Shown here piece by piece: positions 17,739 through 29,134 of a stretch of DNA of 64,000 nucleotides. The DNA is from Syntrophales bacterium (lineage in GTDB: Bacteria; Desulfobacterota; Syntrophia; Syntrophales; UBA2210). The stretch covers positions 416,001-480,000 of the forward strand of contig CAXXNF010000001.1 in NCBI GenBank assembly GCA_963666365.2, written 5' to 3'. Every line of letters begins with the position of its first letter. The first letter of the stretch is position 1. Both the position numbers and the translations under genes were made by a program. A model generated the notes under the pieces. It was not told the origin of the DNA, did no database searches, and was given only the letters and a program-made list of their open reading frames with translations.

Positions 17739-19142
17739 TCACGTCCGCGCTTTTATCTCTTTCAGCAGAGCTTCTCCTATCTTCCACACATTCCCCGCGC
17801 CCAGCGTTATGATCGTTTCTGATGGCGCAAGTCTTTCACACAAGTGATCAACTATTGCACCAAAGTCGGATATGTAGGTCACGTCAGGATGTCCCGCCGC
17901 TTTTACGGCCCGACAGAGATTCTCTGAATGCACCCCCTCTATTGCCGCTTCGCTTGCCCCATAGATATCAGTTATAATGAGGGAATCCGCATCTTCAAAG
18001 GCGCCGAGAAACTCTTCGAAAAGGGCCCGCGTTCGCGTATAACGGTGCGGTTGAAACACCACGGTAATGCGGCCTTCCCATACCCGGCGCGCCGCCTTCA
18101 GTGTTGCTCTGATTTCAGTAGGATGGTGACCATAATCATCAACCACAACGATCTTGTTGATGGTCCCCTTGATTTCGAGCCTCCGGCCCACTCCCCGGTA
18201 GGTGTGAATACCCTCCCTGATCACGGCGAATTCCATGTTGATCTCCCGTGCGACGGCGATTGCCGCAATGGAGTTGTATACATTGAAAAGACCGGGCACT
18301 CTGAGCGATACCTCGCCAAGCTCTTCACCTCTGCAGGTGAGCGCATAGCGGGCATTCATTCCCCGGAATGACACGTCATGAGCGCGATAATCGGCCTCTT
18401 CGTCAACGGCATAGGTAATCACCCTCCGTTTAATCTGAGGGAGCACATCCCGTACATGCCGGCAGTCGCTGCACACAATAGCGGCACCGTAGAAGGGAAC
18501 TGAGTTGGCAAACTTGACGAAGGCCTCCTTAATATCATCAATTCCCCGGTAATAATCCAGGTGTTCACGGTCGATATTAGTAATAACGGCAATCAGGGGC
18601 GAGAGGCGGAGAAAAGAGCCATCGCTTTCATCGGCTTCCGCCACAATGATTTCTCCGCTTCCCAGACGGGCGTTTGTCCCTATGTTCAGCAGCTTTCCGC
18701 CTATCACCATGGTGGGATCAAGCCCTCCAAAGGCGAGAATCGTCGAAATAATAGATGTAGTCGTCGTCTTGCCGTGACATCCGGAAACGGCGATGGAAAA
18801 TTTCATTTTCAGGAGCTCCGCAAGCATTTCCGCCCTTGGAATTACAGGGATTCCTCTATTCTTGGCCTCGATAACCTCCGGATTAGCGGCAGATACAGCG
18901 GTAGATGTGACTACTACATCGGCATCGCCAAGATGGGAGGCATCATGGCCGAGAAGGATTTGTGCTCCTCGTGATCGCAAACGTTCCGTGATATCCGTTT
19001 CCTGAAGATCTGAGCCGCTTATGAAGTAGCCAAGATTGAGAAGCACTTCGGCGATACCGCTCATACCTATTCCACCTATTCCGGTAAAATGGATACGCTG
19101 TATCGTCCTTTTCATGTAGTCTTTCGCTTTAAATTCTGCCAT
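17739..19142 (-). CDS. murC: UDP-N-acetylmuramate--L-alanine ligase
   Basis: GIGGIGMSG, HGKTTTT, EADESD and DDYGHHPTE. Confidence 0.98.
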   Translation of the reverse strand: MAEFKAKDYMKRTIQRIHFTGIGGIGMSGIAEVLLNLGYFISGSDLQETDITERLRSRGAQILLGHDASHLGDADVVVTSTAVSAANPEVIEAKNRGIPVIPRAEMLAELLKMKFSIAVSGCHGKTTTTSIISTILAFGGLDPTMVIGGKLLNIGTNARLGSGEIIVAEADESDGSFLRLSPLIAVITNIDREHLDYYRGIDDIKEAFVKFANSVPFYGAAIVCSDCRHVRDVLPQIKRRVITYAVDEEADYRAHDVSFRGMNARYALTCRGEELGEVSLRVPGLFNVYNSIAAIAVAREINMEFAVIREGIHTYRGVGRRLEIKGTINKIVVVDDYGHHPTEIRATLKAARRVWEGRITVVFQPHRYTRTRALFEEFLGAFEDADSLIITDIYGASEAAIEGVHSENLCRAVKAAGHPDVTYISDFGAIVDHLCERLAPSETIITLGAGNVWKIGEALLKEIKART

Positions 19143-19154
19143 TTCCCTTTCCAC

Positions 19155-20255
19155 TTAACCCGCCAAGGCAATGCATTCATCGACGATAATCCGAGCAGCA
19201 TCCGGTTTACCAAGCGCTTTCGATGCTTTTTCCATCCGGCTTATTTTTTTTCGATCAGTGATGCACCGTTGTATGCTCGCCGCCAGACGTTCACCGCTTA
19301 AATCCCGCTCTGCAATCATTTCAGCCGCACCCGCATCGACCATCATGCGTGCGTTACAGGTCTGATGATCACCTGCGGCATGGGGATAGGGGATAAAAAT
19401 AGCCGCCTTGCCGCTTGCAGTGATCTCCGCGATAGATGTAGCGCCCGCCCTGCACACAAGAAGATCCGCCCTCGCGTACGCTGTTGCCATGTCTCCTATG
19501 AACGGGTGCACCTCGGCGATCAATCCTTTATCGCGGTATGTCCCGGCAATCTCTTCATACTCCTTATCTCCTGTCTGATGGATGATCCGAAGGCGCCCCT
19601 GAAAATCGCAGAGGAATGCGAGGGATTCTACAAAAGCTCTATTTATGCGGGACGCCCCCTGGCTTCCACCAAACACAAGAATGGTAAAAACGCCCTTATC
19701 TCCTTTCGCCGAAGCGCCGGCATGCTTTCCAAATCCACCCCTGACGGGATTTCCCGTATGGAGCACCTTATCAGGAGGAAAATACTTTTCATTATCTTCG
19801 AAAGTGACGAAGATTTTTTTTACAAATCTCCCAAGAATCCTGTTCGTCATGCCGGGCAGAGCATTCTGCTCAGCCACAGCGGTGGGAATTCCCATAAGCC
19901 AAGCGGTTATCACAGCCGGACCGGAGGCATACCCCCCCACTCCCAGCACCATATCCGGCCGATAATCCTTTATGATACTTTTTGATTGCATCATGCTTCG
20001 CGGTATCTTTGCCACTCCGGCAATTTTTCCCCACAGACCTTTTCCTGTAATTCCCGCAACATCGATGGTGCGAAAGGGATATTCAGTGTCCGGCAGTACC
20101 CGCGCCTCCAGACCCCGATCGGTTCCGATGAAAAGCACTGCGTTGGCATCGCTTCGCCCCATCAGCTCTTCGGCAATCGCCAGGGCCGGAAAGACGTGAC
20201 CTCCCGTCCCGCCTCCGGCAATGATCATTCGCATATGCTTCCGCCCGTATTTCAT
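19155..20255 (-). CDS. murG: Undecaprenyl-PP-MurNAc-pentapeptide GlcNAc transferase
   Basis: GGTGGH, GGSQGA, RAGA and HQ..NA. Confidence 0.98.
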   Translation of the reverse strand: MKYGRKHMRMIIAGGGTGGHVFPALAIAEELMGRSDANAVLFIGTDRGLEARVLPDTEYPFRTIDVAGITGKGLWGKIAGVAKIPRSMMQSKSIIKDYRPDMVLGVGGYASGPAVITAWLMGIPTAVAEQNALPGMTNRILGRFVKKIFVTFEDNEKYFPPDKVLHTGNPVRGGFGKHAGASAKGDKGVFTILVFGGSQGASRINRAFVESLAFLCDFQGRLRIIHQTGDKEYEEIAGTYRDKGLIAEVHPFIGDMATAYARADLLVCRAGATSIAEITASGKAAIFIPYPHAAGDHQTCNARMMVDAGAAEMIAERDLSGERLAASIQRCITDRKKISRMEKASKALGKPDAARIIVDECIALAG

Positions 20256-21391
20256 GTCCCCCGCTCCACCTCCGCATCAGCGGGCTCATAAGACGATATG
20301 TTGAGCAGAATCCCGACTGCCGCCATGCTCATGATAAGCGACGTTCCCCCATAACTGAGAAAGGGAAGGGCCAAACCTTTTGTGGGAATAATACCCATCA
20401 CTGCCGCCATATTAATAAATCCTTCCACTGCAAGAAGGACGGTCAGACCTGCTGCCAGAAGAGTGCCGAACGATTCCCGGGCCCTGAAGGAAATCAGAAA
20501 TCCCCGGACTATCAGCACGGCAAAAAGGGAAATCACAATCGCGACCCCTATGAACCCCCCCTCTTCGGCAATAACGGAGAGGATGAAATCTGTATGGGGC
20601 TCCGGAAGATAATAGAGTTTCTGCATGCTGTTGCCCAAACCAACGCCGAACGTACCGCCCGAGCCGAAAGAGATGAAGGACTGAATGATTTGAAAGCCCG
20701 TGTCGCTGGGGTCCTTCCAGGGATTGCGGAATGCCATGAGTCGTTCGAGACGATAACTTTCCCTCACCAGGATGACAAAGGCGACGGGAAGCGCGGCCGC
20801 GGCCAAACCGGCCATGTGAATGATCCTTCCTCCGGCAATGAAATACATGAACATAACCACGGTAAGTGTAATGACGGCGGTGCCGAAATCTGGCTGCATC
20901 AGCATCAGTGCCGCCACAATCATGGTAATTGAAAAGGGTACCGTGACAATGCGGAAAAAATGTTTCACATGATCCGCTTTTTTCGTAAAGTAATAGGCGA
21001 TAAATAGTATCATAGCAATTTTAACGGCCTCCGACACCTGGAACGAAAAGGCGCCGAGTCGAAGCCATCGCGTTGCCCCTCCTACTTTGGCGCCCACACC
21101 CGGAACAAGCAGGAGGGAAAGCAGAACAATCGACATAATAACGCCGAGATAGGCCGCTTTTTTCCACAGCAAGTAAGGAAATTTTGAAAGGGCGACCATA
21201 ATGACAAGGCCGACAAGTCCAAAGATGATCTGCTTTTTCAGGAAGTGGTACTCGTCTCCGAAACGGTCATGGGCAATGATGAAGCTTGAGCTGTATATCA
21301 TAACCATGCCCACGGAAACCAGTATCAGAGTCACAAAAAGAAGCATAACATCGGGTTTTCCACCATGAGCGCTATCCCTGCCCCCCATCAC
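20252..21391 (-). CDS. ftsW: Peptidoglycan glycosyltransferase FtsW
   Basis: QPDFG, LPEPHTDFI and PFLSYGGTS. Confidence 0.97.
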   Translation of the reverse strand: MMGGRDSAHGGKPDVMLLFVTLILVSVGMVMIYSSSFIIAHDRFGDEYHFLKKQIIFGLVGLVIMVALSKFPYLLWKKAAYLGVIMSIVLLSLLLVPGVGAKVGGATRWLRLGAFSFQVSEAVKIAMILFIAYYFTKKADHVKHFFRIVTVPFSITMIVAALMLMQPDFGTAVITLTVVMFMYFIAGGRIIHMAGLAAAALPVAFVILVRESYRLERLMAFRNPWKDPSDTGFQIIQSFISFGSGGTFGVGLGNSMQKLYYLPEPHTDFILSVIAEEGGFIGVAIVISLFAVLIVRGFLISFRARESFGTLLAAGLTVLLAVEGFINMAAVMGIIPTKGLALPFLSYGGTSLIMSMAAVGILLNISSYEPADAEVERGT

Positions 21392-22767
21392 GCAGGCCCC
21401 TTTCCGGACGATTCATCAATGATTCGACCCACGGTTTCTTTGAAAAATTTCCCCCGCTCTTCATAATTGAGAAACTCGTCGAAGCTTGCACAGCCGGGGG
21501 AAAGCAGTATCGTATCACCCTTGCGGGAATCGCCCAGGGCCATATCGATCGCATCTGAAAGCCCTGTTGCAATCCGGGTGTCAACAGGCCTTCCCAGGGA
21601 TTGATCGATTTCATGGCGGGCTTCTCCGAAAAGCACTACCTTCCTGACCTTAGTCTTTATCAATTCCACAAGGGGTGCGAACATTCCCTGTTTGTTTCTC
21701 CCCCCCATAAGAAGCACGATCGGCCCCGGCGCGGCCTCCAGGGCCCGCATCACCGCATCCACATTGGTCCCCTTCGAATCGTTGTAAAACCGAACACCGT
21801 TTTTTTGTCCCACATATTCCATCCGATGTTCGAGACCTGAAAACGATGCAAGTACAGATGCAACAACATCGGAGGGACAGCCGCACTCCTTTGCGGCAGT
21901 AATCGCAGCCATAACGTTCTCCATATTATGACGACCGGAAAGCAAAATATGATCGACAGGATAGGTTTCATCCTCTTCCCCTGGAGCACGGAGACGCAGT
22001 CTTCCCCCATCGAGAAACATACCTTTTTCGACGGGAGCGAATGAGCTGAACAGACGGACACGGCAGTGCATCTTAGCAGCCAGGGGCGCGGCCCCTGCAT
22101 CTGCTGCATTGAGAATGGCCAGGTCCTCCCCGCACTGGTTCTTGAAAATGCGCTCCTTGGCAGCGCGATAGCGATCCATACTGCCGTGATAATCCAGATG
22201 ATCAGGCGCCACATTCAACATGACGGCGATTCGGGGACGAAAAGTTTCTATCCACTGCAGCTGGAAACTGCTTACCTCCACCACAAGGAAGTCAAGATTG
22301 TTATCCTTTCCGGCGCAGGAGATAAGGGGGATACCGATATTCCCCCCCACGAAAACGTTCTTTCCCCATTCCTGAAGCATTGATCCGATCAGCCGGGTGG
22401 TGGTGGTTTTTCCATTTGTGCCGGTAATGGCGATTATTGGTGCGCTCGTAAAGTGAGCGGCCAGTTCCAGTTCACTGATAATGGGAATGTTTTTTTCAAT
22501 CGCCTTAAGGAGAAGCGGATGTGCCGGATGAACGCCGGGAGAAGGCACCACACAATCGATCGCCTTCGGCACATCGACAGGCGCGGCGCCCAGAGAAACC
22601 TCAACGGCGAGTTCTTTCAAAGACGCCGCCACCTTTGCCAATGCCGGAGAGGAAGCATCGTCGCAGGCAACAACAGAAGCCCCTTCCGCCGCAAGGAAGC
22701 GTGCGACGGCGATTCCCGTCCTTCCCAGTCCGACAACAAATATTCTTTTTTTTCTCAGTTCCATCAT
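21388..22767 (-). CDS. murD: UDP-MurNAc-L-Ala--D-glutamate ligase
   Basis: GTNGKTTT, EVSSFQL, NDSKGTN and LSPGCASFD. Confidence 0.98.
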   Translation of the reverse strand: MMELRKKRIFVVGLGRTGIAVARFLAAEGASVVACDDASSPALAKVAASLKELAVEVSLGAAPVDVPKAIDCVVPSPGVHPAHPLLLKAIEKNIPIISELELAAHFTSAPIIAITGTNGKTTTTRLIGSMLQEWGKNVFVGGNIGIPLISCAGKDNNLDFLVVEVSSFQLQWIETFRPRIAVMLNVAPDHLDYHGSMDRYRAAKERIFKNQCGEDLAILNAADAGAAPLAAKMHCRVRLFSSFAPVEKGMFLDGGRLRLRAPGEEDETYPVDHILLSGRHNMENVMAAITAAKECGCPSDVVASVLASFSGLEHRMEYVGQKNGVRFYNDSKGTNVDAVMRALEAAPGPIVLLMGGRNKQGMFAPLVELIKTKVRKVVLFGEARHEIDQSLGRPVDTRIATGLSDAIDMALGDSRKGDTILLSPGCASFDEFLNYEERGKFFKETVGRIIDESSGKGPA

Positions 22768-22774
22768 TGTTCAC

Positions 22775-23854
22775 TTATCTCAACTTCAGGGTACTGATGG
22801 CGACCAGTGCAAGTATGATAGAAATTATCCAGAATCTGACAATCACCTTCGGCTCGGCCCACCCTTTCAATTCAAAATGGTGGTGAATCGGGGCCATGCG
22901 GAATATGCGCCTTCCGTTGGACATTTTGAACCAGCCTACCTGAAATATGACGGACACTGTTTCCACCACGAAAATGCCGCCCACAATGGCAAGGATAATT
23001 TCCTGCTTTGTCAGGACAGCGAGGGCGCCCAGGGCGCCGCCAAGAGAAAGAGATCCCACATCTCCCATGAATATCTGAGCGGGGTAAGTGTTGAACCAGA
23101 GAAAGCCGAGGCCGGCGCCGACCATGGCCCCGCAGAATACGGTCAACTCCCCCGCGCCTGCCACATAGGGTATCTGGAGATATCCCGATATTTTTATGTT
23201 TCCCACAAAATACGCAAAAAGAAGATAGGTCACAAAACAGATGGTGGCGGGTCCGATGGCGAGACCGTCAAGACCGTCGGTCAGGTTGACCGCGTTTGCC
23301 GCGCCGACAATGATGAATGTTGAAAGGATTATATATCCCCATCCCAGATCGGGGAGCACGGTCTTTAAAAAGGGTATGGTCACGTTTGAGTTGAAGCCCG
23401 GCTTAAAGTAGAGCAGGCAGCTGACAAAAAGCGCGATCGCGATTTCGATGACAAGACGGACCTTGCCGGAGAGACCCTTACTGTTCTTGCGTATAAGTTT
23501 CCGGTAATCATCGACAAATCCCACCAGACCGAACCCGACGGTAACGAGAAGCACCATCCAGATATAATCTACCGTCAGTCTCGCCCAGAGGAGCGTAGAC
23601 AGGACCACGGCAAATACAATGAGCACCCCTCCCATGGTGGGGGTGCCCTGCTTGACGATATGCGAGCCTGGTCCGTCGGAACGGATCGGCTGAACGAATT
23701 GGAGCGACTGCATTTTCCTGATGAGCCAGGGTCCGAATAAAAAACAGATAATAAGTGCCGTAATGGACGCATATATCGTGCGAAACGTAATGTACCGAAA
23801 CACATTGAAGGAGGATACCATATCACTGAGGGGGTAAAGCAGGTGATATATCAT
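22775..23854 (-). CDS. mraY: Phospho-N-acetylmuramoyl-pentapeptide transferase
   Basis: [16 protein letters not shown] and MAPIHHHFE. Confidence 0.99.
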   Translation of the reverse strand: MIYHLLYPLSDMVSSFNVFRYITFRTIYASITALIICFLFGPWLIRKMQSLQFVQPIRSDGPGSHIVKQGTPTMGGVLIVFAVVLSTLLWARLTVDYIWMVLLVTVGFGLVGFVDDYRKLIRKNSKGLSGKVRLVIEIAIALFVSCLLYFKPGFNSNVTIPFLKTVLPDLGWGYIILSTFIIVGAANAVNLTDGLDGLAIGPATICFVTYLLFAYFVGNIKISGYLQIPYVAGAGELTVFCGAMVGAGLGFLWFNTYPAQIFMGDVGSLSLGGALGALAVLTKQEIILAIVGGIFVVETVSVIFQVGWFKMSNGRRIFRMAPIHHHFELKGWAEPKVIVRFWIISIILALVAISTLKLR

Positions 23855-25308
23855 GGCGCTTCCTCTCCTATTGACTGATGGGACCCATGCGCCTTCACGC
23901 CGAAGGCATGTTTAATCGCATCGACATACACATCCATTCGCATGCCGCGCGAACCCTTTACCAGGATCCACAGATCGCGATGGGAAAATGCGGAAAGCTT
24001 TTCAAGCACATCCTCCGGTGAAAGACTCACAAACACCTGATCCTTCTCCATTCCACCCCGGTAAGCGCCCTCCGCGACGGACCGGGCGAATGCCCCTCTC
24101 GCAAACAGCGCATGTACGCCTGTGGCTGCAACAAATCGGCCCACTTCTTCATGTCTTTGCGGCGCCTCATCCCCCAGTTCGAGCATATCACCCAGAACCA
24201 CGATGCTCTCGCCCCTTTCCCTGAGATCGCTGAGAGTTTGCAGCGCCTCCTTCACTGATGCCGGATTGGCATTGTAGCTATCGTCGACAAGGGCCCCCCC
24301 GTTCTCAAGTCTGTAAAGCGTCATTCTCCCCGACACCTGGCTGAATTCTTTAAGCCCCTCGGAGATGTCCTCATAGGAGATGCCCAGACTCCAGCAACAG
24401 GCGGCAGCGGCAAGGGCATTGTAGACATTGTGCCTGCCAAGGGTCGTCATGTCGATACCACGGGCCAGGCCGCCGATCTTCAGTGTGAAGCTGACACCCC
24501 GCTCACCCCGTGAAAAGATCCGTTCGCCCCGGACGGCCGCCTGTTCGTGTATGCCGAAGGTCAGGCTCTTTCCTCTCCAGCGATCCTCGAGAATTCTTAT
24601 ATGTTCATCATCTCTGTTGATAACGGCCGTGCCCGCAGGCTTCATGGATCTGAAAATATGCCCCTTTTCCTCCCGGATCGCCTCTATAGATCCGAAACCT
24701 GCGAGATGGGCCGGCCCGACATTGGTGATAACAGCCACATCGGGTTCGACGATCTCGGCAAGGCGAGCTATTTCTCCGGGCCTGTTCGATCCCAGTTCAA
24801 ACACAGCGGCTTCGTGACAGGCGCGCATCCCCAGAAGGCTGAGAGGGAGTCCTACAAGATTGTTATAGTTTCCCCGGCTTTTTACCATCGTCATGGATCT
24901 GTTCCCGATTGCGGCAATCATCTCCTTGGTTGTCGTTTTACCCGAACTTCCCGTCACGGCAATGACAGGCGACGTGAAGCAACGGCGCCACCAATGAGCG
25001 ATATCTCCCAGTGCCTTCAGTGTGTCATCGACGGCAATCACTGTAACCCCGCCGGGAATTTCGCGGCAGCGCCCGGCCTCACTCTCTGCCACAAGGACCC
25101 CCTCCGCACCACCGGCGATCGCCTCCCGCAGAAAATCGTGGCCGTCGAAATGCTCCCCTGTCAGGGGAATAAAAAGCGCCTCTTCAACCCGCCCTCTGGA
25201 GTCTGTACACACTCCTTCAAAAGCACTGCGCGAGCCTCTGCGAATCAGCGTCCCTCTTGTCGCTTCGATGACTGCATCTACATCCATTTGGAAATCTGAA
25301 GCGCTCAC
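23851..25308 (-). CDS. murF: UDP-MurNAc-tripeptide--D-Ala-D-Ala ligase
   Basis: [25 protein letters not shown] and KGSRG. Confidence 0.97.
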   Translation of the reverse strand: MSASDFQMDVDAVIEATRGTLIRRGSRSAFEGVCTDSRGRVEEALFIPLTGEHFDGHDFLREAIAGGAEGVLVAESEAGRCREIPGGVTVIAVDDTLKALGDIAHWWRRCFTSPVIAVTGSSGKTTTKEMIAAIGNRSMTMVKSRGNYNNLVGLPLSLLGMRACHEAAVFELGSNRPGEIARLAEIVEPDVAVITNVGPAHLAGFGSIEAIREEKGHIFRSMKPAGTAVINRDDEHIRILEDRWRGKSLTFGIHEQAAVRGERIFSRGERGVSFTLKIGGLARGIDMTTLGRHNVYNALAAAACCWSLGISYEDISEGLKEFSQVSGRMTLYRLENGGALVDDSYNANPASVKEALQTLSDLRERGESIVVLGDMLELGDEAPQRHEEVGRFVAATGVHALFARGAFARSVAEGAYRGGMEKDQVFVSLSPEDVLEKLSAFSHRDLWILVKGSRGMRMDVYVDAIKHAFGVKAHGSHQSIGEEAP

Positions 25309-26822
25309 TTTTCCCTCTCCGATCTCCAGCGTTTCAGCACCTCTTTTGCCACCTGACGGTCGTCGAACGAAAATCGGCGGCTGCCTACTATCTGATAATC
25401 TTCATGCCCCTTGCCGGCAATGAGCACAATGTCGGTGGACCGGGCGGATAAAATTGCCTGTTCGATAGCCTTGCGCCGGTCTGCTATCACCACATATCCT
25501 TTGCCGATATCTGGGGGGACCCCTTCGGGAAAGGCATATTTTTGAATCCTAGTGCTGTCGACGCCCTTTTCTATCTCCTCGATAATCGCCAGTGGATCCT
25601 CATTACGCGGATTATCGGAGGTAATAATTGTCACATCGCTCAACTCAGTCGCCACCCGCCCCATAGGGGAACGTTTCAATCGATCTCGCTGGCCGCCACA
25701 ACCGAAAACGGTCATGAGACGGGACCGTTCAAACCGCGTGAGCGTCTCCAGAACGTTTTTCAGTGCATCCTCCGTATGTGCGTAATCGACAAAGACCTTC
25801 GGCTCATCGGGTTTGCTGACCCTTTGAAGCCTGCCCGGAATGGAATCAGCCGCGGCAATTCCCCTGCGGATGGCCTCTTCAGGCAATCCCAACACCACTG
25901 CAACTCCCATCGCCGCAAGAATATTGGAAAGATTGAACCTTCCCGCAAGCGGTGAGGAAATGGACATCACTCCCCTCGGTGTTTCAACATTCGCCTTGAT
26001 TCCCTCTATGGAGAAAAGATAATCCCGCGCCCGTATATCCGCGGGAATGTCAATGCCGAATGTAACGACCGGCCCTTCTAGTTCCTCTGCAAGCCGTCCA
26101 CCCCAGGGATCTTCGCCATTGATAATTTTATGACGTCCTTGAAGGATTTCTCGGAAAAAACGTCTCTTCACCATAAAATAGGTTTCCATGTCTTGATGAT
26201 AATCAAGATGCTCCGGGGATAAATTGGTAAAAACACCTGCCGCATAGGTGCACGCATCGATTCGCTTCAGATCGATCGCATGGGAAGAGACTTCCATGAT
26301 TACATGATCCGCGCCCGCGTCCGCCATGCGACGTAACATTCTGTGAAGATCAAGGGATTCGGGTGTGGTGTGTTCAGCCGGAAGAATCATCTCTCCAAAA
26401 CGACTGTTGATCGTTCCGATCACTCCTGCTTTGTGTCCCGCCGCCTTCATAATCGATTCGAGCAAATAGCTGATGGTTGTCTTTCCGTTGGTTCCCGTAA
26501 TGCCGATTACAGAAACTTCTGCTGAAGGATCCCCGTAAAAATTCTTTGCCGCGATTCCCAGTGCCTGGCGGCTGTCCCTCACACGGACCGACGCAACATC
26601 TTCACGACAGGAGACGTCCCTTTCTCCTATTACGGCAAGAGCGCCCGCACGCACCGCATCATCGATGTAGACATGTCCGTCAACAGTCAATCCCTTAATT
26701 GCAACAAACATCGATCCGAAAGTACAATTTCTTGAATCGTAACAGAGATCCCGCACATCCAATGAAAAATCTCCTTTGACTTTAAGGATGTCCATGCCTT
26801 CTGTAACGCGTGAGATTTGCAT
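25305..26822 (-). CDS. murE: UDP-MurNAc-dipeptide--meso-DAP ligase
   Basis: GTNGKTT, DYAHT, DNPR (DAP specificity) and AGKGHE. Confidence 0.97.
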   Translation of the reverse strand: MQISRVTEGMDILKVKGDFSLDVRDLCYDSRNCTFGSMFVAIKGLTVDGHVYIDDAVRAGALAVIGERDVSCREDVASVRVRDSRQALGIAAKNFYGDPSAEVSVIGITGTNGKTTISYLLESIMKAAGHKAGVIGTINSRFGEMILPAEHTTPESLDLHRMLRRMADAGADHVIMEVSSHAIDLKRIDACTYAAGVFTNLSPEHLDYHQDMETYFMVKRRFFREILQGRHKIINGEDPWGGRLAEELEGPVVTFGIDIPADIRARDYLFSIEGIKANVETPRGVMSISSPLAGRFNLSNILAAMGVAVVLGLPEEAIRRGIAAADSIPGRLQRVSKPDEPKVFVDYAHTEDALKNVLETLTRFERSRLMTVFGCGGQRDRLKRSPMGRVATELSDVTIITSDNPRNEDPLAIIEEIEKGVDSTRIQKYAFPEGVPPDIGKGYVVIADRRKAIEQAILSARSTDIVLIAGKGHEDYQIVGSRRFSFDDRQVAKEVLKRWRSEREK

Positions 26823-26835
26823 TCGATCGGCGCCC

Positions 26836-28842
26836 CTACTGTACATCACTGCTGAAAAACACCGTCATGTGTGGTTTCTCATTTTTGTTCTTTCCGGAAG
26901 TCAATGTTTGGTTGACGGCCCATCCGTTTCCCACCATATTTACGGCAACCCCCCAGGCCTGAGCCGTTTGCAGAACTTCTCGCATTGACATACCCGTAAA
27001 ATCGGGCTCCGTCGAACTTTGCCCGTGGACATGGGATGCAGCTCCTTCACCGTACAGGCTCTCAGAAGCCGATACTTTGAGAATTTTTATCCGTTGTCCG
27101 CTTTCCGCCTCCGCGACACGCTTCAGTTCTATCTCTTTGTTGAAGCAGGTCAGTATCTGTTCTGAAATCTCTTTAAACACAGGGGCCGCAGCCACTCCAC
27201 CCCATCGATCCTTTTGAGGCTCGTCGAGCATGACATAGACACTGATCCGGGGATCATCAGCAGGAAAGAAACCGATAAATGATGTAATCACCTTTTTCGA
27301 TGAATACTGCCTCAAGGTTCTATCAAATTTCTGTGAAGTGCCCGTCTTGCCTGCCACCGCCACATTGGTGATTTTTGCCTTTTTCCCCGTCCCGTCGTCG
27401 CTCTGTACGACGGTAGTAAGAATCGACGTAATCCTGTCGGCCGTCACCGGCGATATCACTCTCCTTACTGCTGTGGGGCGAAATTCCTTTACCACCTTTC
27501 CGTATTTATCCACCATACCCTTCACCACATAGGGTTTCATAAGGATCCCGTGGTTTGCTATGGCAGACATGGCCGTGACCAGCTGAATCGCCGTCACCGA
27601 AATTCCCTGCCCGAAGGCCATGGTGGCAAAATCCACGGGCTGCCAGCTACCGGGATCCCTCACTATTCCCGACACCTCGCCGGGAAGATCGACACCGGTT
27701 TTCGCACCAAACCCAAAGGAGGTGATATATTCATAAAATTGATTCTTTCCCAGCCGCTCTGCAACCTTGACCGCACCGATATTGCTTGAATATTTAAGAA
27801 TTTCAGGAAGAAGAAGTGTGGCATGTTTTTTGTGTTGCGCCTCATGAATGGTTCTGTCACCCACCACATAAGATCCGTTTTCGCAGTGTATTCTGTCCTC
27901 TTCGGTCACCACCCCCGCTTCGAGGGCAGCGGCAACCACGAAAGGTTTAAAAACCGAGCCGGGATCAAAGCAGTCGGTAACCGCTCTGTTTCTGCGCAGT
28001 GCGGGATCGAATTCCGAAAAGGCATTGAGGTTGAATAAAGGCATATTGGCAAGGGCAAGAATCTCACCTGTCTGAATGTCCATCACTATTACAGATCCAC
28101 CCTTTGCCTGCTTTTGCTCCACTGCCGCCTTCAGCCTGCTTTCGACGATGTGTTGAATTTTACTGTCGATAGTAAGTATAAGATTACAACTTGTGTCTTC
28201 CGCCGATTTCTGGGCCTCATCAGTCTCGCTATTGCCGAGATATATCCTGTTGCCCCGTGCATCGCGGCCCCACACGACATTCCGTGGGACGCTCTTGAGA
28301 TAATTGTCATATTGAAGTTCCAGCCCTTCCAGTCCCGTTGAATCCAGGCCGGCGAATCCCAGAATATGACAGGCGAGATCACGATGAGGATAAAACCGCT
28401 TCGGCTCATGAATCACATGCACACCGTCAATATTCAACGATTCGACCCGTTGCCGCTGTTCCGGCGACACCTGTCGAGCGATCCAGCAGAAACTGCCACT
28501 TCTGGAAAGTCTTTTTTCGATATCTTCTCTTGCCATATTACATACTGTCGCCAATCGACGTGCCACGCTCCGAGGATTTTCGATCTTTGAAGGATCGGCG
28601 TAAATCGAATCGGACTGAATCGTGGCTGCCAGCTTTTGCCCGTGACGGTCGAAAATCATTTTCCTCTCGGGGTAGAGCACAAGATTCCTTGTATGCTGCC
28701 TTTCGGCCAACGCCTTCAGTGTCTTGCCGGAAATGACCTGCAGTTGCAGCGCCCGCGAAACAAGCCCCACAAAGAGCACCAGAAAGATGATCGCGACGGT
28801 CGCCACCCTGAAGCGAAGCCATTTTTTTGCCTTTTTAGTCAT
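26836..28842 (-). CDS. ftsI: Penicillin-binding protein 3 with C-terminal PASTA
   Basis: SVFK, SSN and KTG motifs. Confidence 0.96.
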   Translation of the reverse strand: MTKKAKKWLRFRVATVAIIFLVLFVGLVSRALQLQVISGKTLKALAERQHTRNLVLYPERKMIFDRHGQKLAATIQSDSIYADPSKIENPRSVARRLATVCNMAREDIEKRLSRSGSFCWIARQVSPEQRQRVESLNIDGVHVIHEPKRFYPHRDLACHILGFAGLDSTGLEGLELQYDNYLKSVPRNVVWGRDARGNRIYLGNSETDEAQKSAEDTSCNLILTIDSKIQHIVESRLKAAVEQKQAKGGSVIVMDIQTGEILALANMPLFNLNAFSEFDPALRRNRAVTDCFDPGSVFKPFVVAAALEAGVVTEEDRIHCENGSYVVGDRTIHEAQHKKHATLLLPEILKYSSNIGAVKVAERLGKNQFYEYITSFGFGAKTGVDLPGEVSGIVRDPGSWQPVDFATMAFGQGISVTAIQLVTAMSAIANHGILMKPYVVKGMVDKYGKVVKEFRPTAVRRVISPVTADRITSILTTVVQSDDGTGKKAKITNVAVAGKTGTSQKFDRTLRQYSSKKVITSFIGFFPADDPRISVYVMLDEPQKDRWGGVAAAPVFKEISEQILTCFNKEIELKRVAEAESGQRIKILKVSASESLYGEGAASHVHGQSSTEPDFTGMSMREVLQTAQAWGVAVNMVGNGWAVNQTLTSGKNKNEKPHMTVFFSSDVQ

Positions 28843-29131
28843 CTAAAAATATCACCTGCTCTCTTTCGGGATAGGACATTCGCAATTTAGAAACGGCAAT
28901 AGCTTCAATCCGATGTGGTGACTTGAGAGTTTCTAATTCCATTCTCAACCGCCGTGATTCCTCGTTGAGCGAGTCCCTCATCTGAATTTCTTCCGCAATC
29001 CGATAATTAAGTTTTGTGATGTTGACATGAAACCATACATATACAAGCGCAATAACCAGGAATATGCTCACTCCGGCAATGATAAGCGAAACCCCTCCTC
29101 CGATTTCTTGTTTTTCCTTTTGGACGGGCAT
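28835..29131 (-). CDS. ftsL: Cell division protein FtsL
   Basis: TM plus coiled coil plus LKSPHRIEAIA; lies between rsmH and ftsI. Confidence 0.88.
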   Translation of the reverse strand: MPVQKEKQEIGGGVSLIIAGVSIFLVIALVYVWFHVNITKLNYRIAEEIQMRDSLNEESRRLRMELETLKSPHRIEAIAVSKLRMSYPEREQVIFLDD

Positions 29132-29134
29132 CGG